Below, in pieces: positions 1 to 11,248 of a DNA stretch of 64,000 nucleotides (positions are counted from its first letter, which is position 1; each line of letters starts with the position of its first letter). The translations under genes and the position numbers were made by a program. This stretch comes from Catajapyx aquilonaris (taxonomy: Eukaryota), in contig KZ538038.1 in assembly GCA_000934665.2 (NCBI GenBank), positions 62,001 through 126,000 on the forward strand. Direction: 5' to 3'. The notes under the pieces are model-generated. The model searched no databases and was not told the DNA's origin. It saw only the letters and a list, made by a program, of their open reading frames with translations.

Positions 1-3000
1 GTGATGAGGTAAAAAGGGGGAAAGAGACCGACTCAATATTTGCACGGACTTTGCATTACCGAGGAAAGAAAAGAGGAGGTCGGAAACTGCTTCGGAAACT
101 TCGAATCAAACATTAATAACGTCATTATGGAACGGAAGTCCGTACAGAGAATGGAGGAAATGCAGCTGACGACGATGGTTAAAATGGCCATTCAGTCATG
201 GAGAAATGGATATTTGCAAAATATATACTGTACTTCTTTTTTTGTCAGCAGTGTGAGTCAACATACCTTGTAAGCTGAACAGGCCTGTGAACAATAGAGA
301 CGATAATGATTAGCTTTCATCCTGACTTTTCAGAGCAACACGTACGACTCTTCTGTTCGGCGGTCAGTCCAACAAACAGGATGAAACGGTACACCCTAGC
401 TGTTTTTATGCCATCACAAAAGGATGAGATTATTATTATTAGCATGACCTCAAATGAGGAAAACATCGTACATTTGTGCACCCATACATATCAATAGTGT
501 AAAAATTATTACGCCCCTTTCACAGGAACTGAAAATTTAACCACATTTTTACCTCTGTATGTTACATTATAAAGGTGCCAATAATACACCCAAACAGATT
601 GTGTCAATAATGTGGTAGTAATCCATTTATAAAACATAAATTAAATTAAATTAATTATTATAATGACTCGTGTTTGATATAATTGACTTCTGACGGCAAT
701 GGGATACCATGTGTTATTATAATAGTTATTAGTACTATTAGTATTATTATATGCATATTACGGTGTTCATTTACATAATGTGGGTTACTAAGATTTAGTT
801 TTAATTACTACACATTTGTATAAAAATATGTCTGATTACTAGTTGAATGCTGATAAACTCATCAACCACTGCAGAAAATATAATACGCGTATTATTGCAT
901 CATATTGAAATATGAACGGAAGGATCTCTGGGATACCAGGCAGATTAACGTCATCCACAGTGACTTGAGCATATTTTCTGGAGGCGAGAGACGGCAACGC
1001 ACTATAGAATCACGTCACCTTTCAAGCCTGGAGCACAGTAATTAATCCTTTTGGCAGTCCAGAAACCTGCAAGGAACGATTAATTCCGTTCGTGCCTTCC
1101 ATGATTCATATTTAAAGCCGCTTCACGCCCGCTTTAAACCGACCTTCCGAAGCAAGTCCATCATAAATTTTGCGCCATCTTTTTTTCCCCCCCTCCTCCC
1201 ATCTACCATGTTTTTGCCTACTGCAGAGTTCGCCGGTCACATTACCATTAATTACAGGATATTATCCGGGGCTTGCTAGAGTCAAGATCCTGGAAAGTAA
1301 AGTTGGTTGGGAAAATTTGCTCCTAGAAAATCCTTCCAACTTGGATCCCACGAGGACGCCATCTTTACATAAAAATGGCTTCCTTTTTTTCTGGTATCAT
1401 TCAATATGGGAACCCCGGTTATTTATAACCGACATCACGTCTGCGAACATGGGGCGCACTCTCAGGTCTCTCTGTCCTGAGGCAAAAAGGCGTGACACCA
1501 TACAACCGGCAGGAGAGGTTCTCTGCACAAAAATTTCCCTTTACTCCTTTCACTTTTTATTCCTCCTCCTCCTTCAGAGAGACATGAACATAAAAATTCT
1601 CAACCGCCGCATATTTGAAAAAATAAAATAAAAAGGGAAAACCTTTTCGGCCCAGTTTTTCCGATCCATTACGTGCCGAAAAGGCGTGCTCTGAACACCA
1701 ATAATGTGAGACTCTCCACGACTTAACCAGGCCAATTCTATGGAAGGGTAAGTCTCGAGTGATCCCAGCTTGTGATTGCAGTAGGTGCACCTCTTGTACT
1801 TGCTCTACGTACACCCAACTCGGTGTGCGTGGGTGTTTGCAGTGCTCTAAAAGCAGTTAATCCCACTTAATACATGGTTGGTGGTGGCCTGGAATATCTA
1901 AATCCCCTTTTGCCACGGCTGAGAGTTCTCGCGGATATTATTCGCACAGAAAGGGGTTGGAATTTGGTCTAACTGGTAGTTGTGCAAATGAGATAATGTC
2001 CTTACTGGTGATCAGTGACCTAACTGCGACAGAGAACTTTAAAAAAAAATCACAGAAATGTTGCAACCTTTGATGTAGAAAATAGCAGGGTGAAAAGTGC
2101 AATTTCTGCAGATTTTGCGCCATTTTTTCTTCGTATTTGTTAATGCAAGAGTTGATGGTCGCTTTCATTTTCAAGACAGGAATATGCTGACAAAACACCG
2201 CGAAAATCTTGTTGGAAACTCGGGTTACCAGGTAGGATAAGTGGCTGCGTTCGAATCCAGCAAGGTTCTTATATACGGGAGTTTGTAATTCAAATACAGG
2301 AGAGAAGCCTCGACTTTGAGTACATCCCAAGCGTGTAAGTGAGGTATAAACTTTCCGGCGAAGGTGTTTACAGTGTTACAAGGGGGACTAGTTTCCCACC
2401 CATGGGGATTTAAACTTTACAGCTAGACCTCGGTTGTATATAGCCACATAATTATGTAAGGGGATTTGATGCGTTCATAACTGAGCTGAAAAATTATTTT
2501 TTTAGCAAACTCTATACCTGCTTATCTACTTTAAAAAAAAATATGTGCTCATTCAACCGTCCACCAGGTAATTGACATTTTTTTGCATGCAATCATGGTG
2601 TAATTATTTTTCAAATGCTAGCAAAAATTTATTTATCACTGGATTAACCCTTAAATGGCCTGCGGAGCCACCATTCACGCGGGCCGTCAACCTTTATAAA
2701 CGACGTTCAAATTGCTCCATCCATCACACCTTGTTTATTATGGCTTGACGTCATTTCCTCCCCAAACACATAGAGCCGCCACTGTAACTTCAATTTTGTC
2801 ACACTGTACGTTCATGTGCGTTCATATTGCCTGCATTCACTCGTAGCTTATGAACTTCCATCCAAAAGCTGGCCATACAAATGGTGGTGCACCTCTCAAG
2901 TGCAGTATTCAGATCTGTAAGAGATGTTCACTCCAGCAATAAGAAAGAAAATATATTATTAAGCACTGTAATCAATAATATTGTAATTAATCTCACAACA

Positions 3001-5589
3001 TGACAGTAATTTCTTGTGCAACTTACGCGTCGAAAAGAGCCGCCTGTGCTTTAATGCTTCAAAAAAAGAAAAGTCCAACTTACAGGATGCAACTTTCTGG
3101 CTCCACAGGGCCTCGATCCAACAGAACTTTAAAAAGATTGTAACAACAGCAGTGCAACGCGAGTTATAACTCAAGCCAAGTGCAGCTGGCCGGATCTCAG
3201 GTAAAAACCCTGATGTTGCACCGCCTGTAACCAGCATCTCCGGCCGCCATAAATTAAGACCAACTTCAGATGACCCTTGTAAAGCAACAGACGACGAACA
3301 GGATGGTCTGACCTCTGACCCCTTGCATCCATCACTCTACATGCAAGACAGTTCGATCCGCCAAACCAAAACACGGTCCAATGGCATCCAGCCAGCAGGG
3401 TGTCCCACTCTATCTGATCTTCTTTTAAAACAAAAATCCTTATTACAGGGTGGGCCAAGTTTTTGGCACCAAACCCATCGTCTGTATACATTCTGTGGTT
3501 GCATCATTCATAAAATTGATAATGCCAATATTTTCGGTTCAATGTTTTGGACCAATGATGAATGGACCAATGGCGTATCTTGCAGGCAGACACGCACGTC
3601 AGGAGACTGTAAAACAAGGGGCCAAACTTTCCGCAGGTTTCTCCAGATCAAAATCAATTCCAAGAGTTTGCAGGGGAGGGGGATTTGACGGTCGTTTCTA
3701 TGGAAATGGATCTCAGTCGGAATATCTGGCATATTCGTCCATGAATGCATCCTGCAGGAAAAGGAAGCAAAGACTTGTGGGGGGTGTTGGGTGAGGGTGG
3801 ATATGACTTTCAAATAGTGTCCCACCCACCTTTCAATTGGTCTACTTGTCCGAATAACCGCATTCAAGTGGTTTGCATGCAACCTGCTCAAACTATACGA
3901 TCATTTCACTCTTGAGGAAGGTTCTGGACGGTTATGTCGGCGGAAATCTCCGCTTGACATATCAATTTGCTCACGTGCCTCTCACAAAAACGCAACTGTT
4001 CCACGTCAGACTGGAAAAAAATTACTGTATACATTACATATTCATACGGCAGCTGTCCAGTTCTCTCATGGACGGAAATGGAGCGGGATAAATAATATCG
4101 AGGGGGAAAAACCAGGATGAAAATAATTTCGCCAAATTAGTCCAATACATTAATAGAAAACTTCAACCCAACTTATTGCCATCAGCCGTGGAAAAATTAT
4201 GCCTGCAATTATGAAAACTTGTGCAGCTTACAATACAATTACGCCAACTGCTGGGCGAGGCACAATTTAGGGGAGTTGGATTTTCGTATATAAATGATGC
4301 CAGCAATTTCAAGTAAAGGAAGGAGGTGACAACATGTCGAATCCAATATTGCTGATGCTACCTGCCAACTTCATCATAGTCTATATTGAACATTACTCGA
4401 TAGTTATGTGGAAAGAAAATAGCCCCTTACAATGAAAAATTAACACGTACCGTACATAAAGCATTTAATGGATAACCGATCCGTGATTGGTCATGATTAG
4501 TGCGCAATAGTCACGCTTGACCTTGCATTGGCACACGTAATTTTGTTTAGCTTTTAAGGGCAACAATTCCATTCCTCAATTGCGCGTTTTATTTACTTAA
4601 AAACGCATATACACTTCTATACAAGTTAGATCCTGGAAGTGTACATCCTGCCTGAATTAGTGCTGCGTTAATGTTTCATGCTACACTTCTGCTATTTTAC
4701 GTTATCAGCATCAACACGCTTATGCCAGCAAAATAATGAGACAGTATTGTTTTATTCACAATGAGTTATACTCGTACTCTGAGTTTATCAATACATGACA
4801 AAACGCACTATGTGCACGGCAATTTTCCTTCGAGCATGCAACCTAGTCTGTATAAGATAATTATTGTATAATTTATGTGCGTAATGTACAAATTTATTAC
4901 TGCAGTACAATTTTTACTCCAACTCTTGTATAATATTTCATGTACTTGGCTATCACAATGATGCTGGAAATTAATCCGAATTTCAAAGAGAATGTTCAGT
5001 TTTCTACCGTTCCAGTTGCATGCATGGGTATGCAATATGCATAATAGGCAAAAAGCTCAAATGGCACCGTTTAGCACTTCAGGTGCAAGTTCAGGTGCGT
5101 GTTGGCAGCACCAAAAATTACAAAGAGAAAGGTACAGAGAGAGAGGTATAGTGTGTGTGAAGATCCATCATAATAGTTCCCATTTGTTTCAACCGACCAA
5201 GAGTAAAATTCACAAAGGTTGCCGATACTTTTTAGCCGCTCTTTGTGTCAGCGCAAACAGTGTTATATATAATTATACGTATGTCCGGCGGATGTACTTT
5301 GAACATTAAATTCGCATGAAATACAGCTGGAGCTTGTAAACACACTGCGTATGCTGCTAAAAGCAACGTTTCCATCAGCAACCCACGTCTATTTCTGAGC
5401 AAGTAACTCTGGAAAATTACATCTCCTGGCCATTATTTGATTCTCAATTTGTAGACACATCGTTTCTGTAGCTTCGTCAGCCCAGGATGGTTTGCAAGAA
5501 GTCTTTCCAGCACAATATGCCCGCTGGAAATTAACACGTTTCCCTGTCCATTGTGGCGATTCCGATTCGCTCATATTCACTTCTATAGG

Positions 5590-5810
5590 GGAACGCACTT
5601 AATTTTGCGATCGTTTCGTAGGTCGGAAATGGCGAACCCAACTCGATATCAAAAAAATCGGGTGAGTCCAGCAGACGAGAAAGTAGGTAGAGAGAGATGC
5701 CGTCGTAGGCGTCGAAAGCGTCGCGAGGTGGGGTTGGAGGGGCGTCGTAGGCGCCGGCGCCTGTATTCAGTCGTCAGTTGGAGCGGCGCGGGCCGACTGA
5801 ACACACACGC
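5590..5810 (+). promoter_or_regulatory. Candidate RNA Pol II promoter (CpG-rich, TATA-less, initiator type)
   Basis: This is a local CpG/GC-rich island in an AT-rich background. It has a GAGAGAGA run near 5690, duplicated CGTCGTAGGCG (5701, 5743), and two arthropod-type Inr matches, TCAGTC (A at 5769) and TCAGTT (A at 5776). A consensus splice donor follows about 220 nt later. There is no strict DPE at +28. Confidence 0.55.
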
Positions 5811-5988
5811 ACTATCTCATATCAAGGACTTGTTGTACATGTCGCGACATACAAGTTACTCCAACTCTGGACATGTGTAGTGTTTAGTGAATTTTATTTA
5901 TTTACCCCCCTCCAAAACTTAACCTGATGCTGTCAAGATAATTTCCAAGAAAAAAATTTGGTGACAATCGATGCTGCCGGTATAGTAG
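5769..5988 (+). other. Candidate non-coding first exon (5' UTR) of an unidentified gene
   Basis: It starts at the Inr and ends at the perfect donor TAG|GTAAGT (GT at 5989-5990). All ATGs inside (5839, 5873, 5927, 5971) hit stops before the donor. Confidence 0.5.
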
Positions 5989-8919
5989 GTAAGTTTTTAA
6001 TTTCAGTTTTCCAATTAAGTATCCGGTCGCAATTTTCGCAAAGAGAGCGACGGAAAAACTTTAGCGATGACGGAATGAGAAGAAGTAAAAAAAAGAGAAA
6101 GTCGTGGGAAGTGTGGAAATCGCGAAAGTTTGTCGTCGGAGGGTTTGTTCCGGTTATAATTGACGTTGACGGATTTCGCAGATTGTCATTTGCAGTGCCG
6201 GTTTTGTGACTCGAAATTGGCTTCGGAAAACTAAGGTCTGCTTGTTTGGAGTTTCCGGAGAATATTGCGGGGGAATGCTTTGGAAAAAAAATGGAAGGGC
6301 ATTCGGCTGATTTTATGGATCTTGCGACATCGCGGTATACACATCAGAAAAATGCCAATATCTCTCCAAGCAGTTAAATTTTGGCGAGGTCGAACGGCTG
6401 TCAAATATAAGGAATGACAACTCTAGAAGTGTCGGATTCAACATGAGGTTGTCTGCAAGTTTATTTGAAGAGTTACAGTGGGAATAGTGGAGTTCAAAAA
6501 TAAAGTAAATATATAAAGTCCATGTCCGCAATTCACCAACAAGTTTAAAGAGACAAGTCCACTCTATACATTATTTATATCGTTTTTTTTCACTCGCTTT
6601 ATCCACTTGAAGCACTAATGCGTTTTACTTGAAATCTGAATAAAGCTCATAACTGAATTACTATACGCCGCTTTTAACTAACGTTTTAGTCAAATTGAAG
6701 GATAGGCTATTGCACGAGTTATTGATTAAAGACCGGCGTAATTAACTCAAGATAAAACCTCTGATTATGCTATGAAATGCCCATATGCTGCATAATCAAC
6801 TTTTCAACATCAACATTTAATGTATTTTCATGCAACAGGCCCAGAATAATTATATTAATAGGAAATTTTTATTTAATTAAATTGGTCAGTTTCACTGAGC
6901 ACTAAGCTGCTAATTTTTATTCGTTATGAAAGGGACTAACCGCTAATATTAGGCCGAACACTATTGTCAATCGAAGCTCTGAATTGCAATGAATTTTCGA
7001 TTGATATAATTTGCATCGAAAGTCAATAGTAGAACCCATTTTTCTCAGATCATACTCCGGCAGCAGTCTTTAAAAAGGATGGATGCACCCAGCCTAATAT
7101 GAGCATCTAATATCTTTGGCACCCGATATAAATTTTATGTAAAATGTATTGCAGCAAAGTGCCAACAAATTGATTCAATTTGATTACTCCGTGCATGAAA
7201 CCGAGTAATTTACATTTCAATATAGAAAAATGTAATAATCGTTCAAATTAAGCAGAACTCGGCTGAAAATATTTTTCACTTCTGGAAGCATCGTGTACTT
7301 AAGGTACTGTAATATATTATTACAGTGACAGTTTCCCTTCCTACCGGTAATTGAGATGAACAATCCAGAACTTTTTTTCCCCGGCGACCTCTAATGTCGG
7401 ATTGAGTACCAGTGCACCAATTTCTGTGTAAACTTGCTGACGGTGTTGACGAAAGTGCGACGTCAGCGACATGTCAATGACAGCAAAGCAAGGGGATGAA
7501 ATATAGGGGCGGACCAGGCAGCCAAAAAAACCTTACTATGCGAGGAATTACGTGGGGAATGCCAGATGGGCACATAAGTGTTGAGAGGTTCAGGTTTCTT
7601 ACAAATGACGCCAACTGCAATGGTACGATGCTGTTTTTGGCAACACTTTTATTTTTTCGAGAAGAGCGAGAAAAAAAAGTCCAAGTGCTTCAGACTTGTT
7701 TTTAAAAAAAATGCTTGAAACGGCCCGCATATTTCTGTCACTCATCATATATATAAGCCCGTCATTCTATCTGGCGATGCTGACTCTAGGCCGACGATTA
7801 ATTTTAGCTCTTTTGACGAAATTCCGCTCGCCGCACTCTCTTTGGCACATTCGCCAGTTTTACGCCAGCGCAATTCAGGCGTGACTGTTGCGTCGAATTA
7901 GCGACACTTTGCAAAATGTACCGCAAGCATCCTCTTTCCATACCCCCATAAACCTTTCGAAAAGCTCCAAGAATAAAGTTACTGGGCAAAGCTTCATTTA
8001 CGCTAGAAATGTTACAGAATTCTGAGAATATATGTAAAAGTTTATGTGAAAAAATTCAAGCCCGTGTCTGAGTTGTGTAGGCGAAAATATTACGTAAGAC
8101 TGTAAAGCTCGTAATTACAAGAATACTTTTAATTTCTTCTTGAACAGAAAACATACCGTATATATATAGAACAACTTGAAGGGCAGATTCCCTTCCGCCC
8201 CTATTTTATTAATCCGAATAATTGAGTGAAGGCGCCGCTTCCCCGTTAATTAATCCCGATCCGAACATTTCTTGTTCATTAAGCCAGGGCTAATCTGGGA
8301 GTCAATTATTTTGTCTCTTGGAATCGGCAGCAGCAGAAGGGTCAAAATTGCTTACTTCCGACCCATGTCCAAATTGACTTCCAAGCCGCAGAAACGTGGG
8401 CAAACCTCCGGATTGGCAGCGAGATTTTCTCGGAACATGGTTGGATATTAATAATAATTGCAGTTACTGTAATGTATTGGAAGAAGTAATATAGGCAGTG
8501 TGGCATTGTGTGTGTACCTCGATGACCATTCCCAGGAGAAGAGCGACCGAGCTTGAAGGTTGTTGAATAAAGTGATTGATGCTGCTGCGGTGCCCTTATA
8601 ACTTGGCAACCGGAATCTGAAACCACTGCTGACGAAGGACGACAAACTATTTCCCGATTTAATACAGCCTCCATCGACTGCTTCTGGAGCAATATGAGGA
8701 CCCCTTATTATTAGTTATTGTGCAATATATGGCCCAAACCGCGGCTCAACAGAAAACCTATGGAATCTGGGGTGGTGGTGGTGACCTAACAACAATAACA
8801 CGAGGGCAATATTAATAACGGTGGAGTCTTGCCAAATAGCTTTGGATTAGATCGAACAACATGCATCAGTGTGCAATCTATAATATTAAAATCCTATTCA
8901 TGTTGTATAGTTATGCCTT

Positions 8920-9012
8920 CTGATTGGTCAACCGTGTAGTGTTACCGCGACGCTTCCGATTCGCCTCCGTTCTGCGCAGGCGCAGTGAGGGTTGAGGCAG
9001 CGCCTCTGGTGG
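8920..9012. promoter_or_regulatory. Cluster of regulatory motifs (CCAAT box, NRF1/Ewg-like site, CTCF-like site)
   Basis: CTGATTGGT (8920), TGCGCAGGCGCA (8973-8984) and GCGCCTCTGGTGG (9000-9012, one base shorter than the CTCF core) lie within a GC-rich patch. Confidence 0.3.
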
Positions 9013-10121
9013 GTAGGTGGAGGGTCTACATCGCTCCGTCCGCACCCAGTGAGCGCAGCGATTGTTTTTCTAGTCATTTTAATGAAATAATAATAGCAAA
9101 TGCGCACTATCTTTAAAATGTCTGAAGAATCCATTGCGCATAATTGTATTTTGACATTGAGCCAAGTTTCCTCCTATTATATTACCCCTCTATTGCAGCT
9201 GTAATTTTCACGAGCCAGCCCAAAGTGATTTTAAATCCTCTGGCTCTCGACTCAATCGACACTTTATGCCACCCTCTATTCATTTAAATGTGTTTCATTC
9301 ATCAGCAAGTTCTTGCACTTGCTTGCTTTCCTTCAAAAGCCCCCCCTTTTAAACCCCCCGCATCGCTCATCAAAAGGTGCGTAAAAAATTAAGCCCGGAT
9401 TCTGTAATTAACATGCAGCCAGCATTAAACTGGTGGGGCCACATGTCAATTAATACCTGTTCCCCCGATTGACAGGCGGTTGTTTATAGGCACGACGTTA
9501 ATCGCGCTTTTAATAAATGACAATTTGTCGGCGGTGACGCTGCCAATAAATCCTTTTGTATATCTGTCTTCCTGGAATACTAAAAGCGCAGTTGCATTCA
9601 GCCCGCTTGCAAGTATGCACCTACAGATTGCACTGGCAGCATTGTCGAAATGTCACAAAATGTGTTGAAAAGTCATAAATATTGTCAAATACTGACAATC
9701 ATTTTGTGAATGTCATTTTATACAAAAGTATGTGTTAAATGGGTATTAAATTGCAATCGGGCTTTTTCGCTATTTGCTGCACTTTCTCGGTTTTAGATGC
9801 CGTACATACCACATGTACCGATTTATGTCCCAACCACAGACCTGAGGATTACCATTCCTTCCCCACAAAAGGAGACCGGCACAAAGGATGGCGATAGAAA
9901 TGAATGTGAATGCTGCAGTAGCTCTGAGGTCAGGTCCATACACACTTCGGTGACCACCACTCCGAGTTCATGTCCGATTTCAAAAAAAAGAGGGTTGTAC
10001 AACTATACATACACTGCTGGAAAACACTCAACTCGAGTTTGCACTGGAAGCCACAGGTATATACCCCCCCAACCCCCGAAACGCAGGCCTCAAAAGGCGG
10101 CACTCAAAAGGAGGTTGGAAA

Positions 10122-10152
10122 GGGGGGGGGGGGGGNGGGGGGGGGGGGGGGG
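10122..10152. repeat. poly-G tract (contains N)
   Basis: About 30 G with an N at 10136. Confidence 0.95.
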
Positions 10153-10490
10153 TTGAACTCGTACAGAGAAACGAGCGTAGTATTCATGCACGGTACGCCA
10201 AACCGCGGAGCAAAAATCTATCAGTTATCGGATCCCTTAGGTCTACCCTGCTGGGTTGAGCAGGGATGAAATTTTGTAGGTTGAAAGCATTCGTGGTTTG
10301 TCGAAAATGTGCAACAATCGGCGACAGTGTGTCCTGTCCCTTAGAATCACCCGATGAAGGGCATGTAATTTGCAGCAGCCATTGAAGTCGGCAGTTACAG
10401 TCATTCGGGCCGATACTTAATGATCCAACTTCAGCGAAATATCAATTGAAGGGCTAAAAAACATTTTCCCTCCACATGAAATTGAGGGGG

Positions 10491-11086
10491 TCTGAAATCA
10501 AAGAAAGGTCAAGTCCACTTGAAAAAACTGGTCGTAAAATGAGCAAAAACTGCTGAAATTTTCTATTTGGATACAAATATTTTTTTTGAGAAAGTTAAAC
10601 ACTTTTCTCTCTGGAAATACTCGAGAGAGAAAAACGTGCAGCCGCGTGCAGCTCTACAACATCTGGATGTTTTTTTTCATTCTAAATTAATGTAAACACA
10701 TTTTCATAAAAATATTTTAATATCATCTGAATCAATCGATATTATTGAGAAAAAATGAGAAATGTAAATTAACGGGCAAAACAATTTCTCCATTCAAATG
10801 TGGAGAGAAACATTTTTTTTACAGAGAGTGAAACTTTTTAACTTTTTGGACATTAATAATCGAAAAAATCGGGCAGCTTTTTCGAATGTTTTCCCTCATA
10901 AATGTAAACAGCTTTAAAAAAAATATTTTTGAGAAAATCATCTGTATCAATCGATGTTCTTGAGCCAGAATATGAGAAAAAAAAATCATAACAGCCATTT
11001 TGGGGATATCGTATACATTGTCTGAGGTTTAAAAGGGCCAAGTCCATTTGGAAAATCTGCTTGTAAAATGAGCCGTAAACTGATGA
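10491..11086 (+). repeat. Diverged direct repeats, probably decayed DNA-transposon copies
   Basis: 10491-10556 resembles 11021-11086 (tctga...gg[t/c]caagtcca[c/t]ttg...gtaaaatgagc...aaactg[c/a]tga). About 10690-10760 resembles about 10901-10980 (aatgtaaaca...aaaatatttt...atcatctg[a/t]atcaatcgat...tgaga). Confidence 0.7.
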
Positions 11087-11248
11087 TGACTTAACTTTCA
11101 CTGGTACAATCTTGAAATTATTTACGTCCATATGTTGCCGCATCTCAGCTACATACGGAAATGTGCAATATATTAATACCCAATGGCACTGAAATATTTC
11201 TGCGCGTATTTATGTTACACCCCCCCAAAAGTGAACTTGGCCATTTAA
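11029..11248. mobile_element. Degenerate TTAA-flanked TIR mini-element (Kolobok-like)
   Basis: The left end is TTAA-AAGGGCCAAGTCCAT and the right end reverse-complemented is TTAA-ATGGCCAAGTTCAC. TTAA flanks with purine-starting TIRs fit Kolobok rather than piggyBac (CCY ends). The family assignment is an inference. Confidence 0.4.

Noticed and set aside
2644..2660. TTAACCCTT piggyBac-like left end
   Set aside because: No matching right end was found nearby, and it is too short to support alone.
5455..5490. Minus-strand CTGACGA...GAAAC, resembling a hammerhead ribozyme core
   Set aside because: Stems I and II cannot form.
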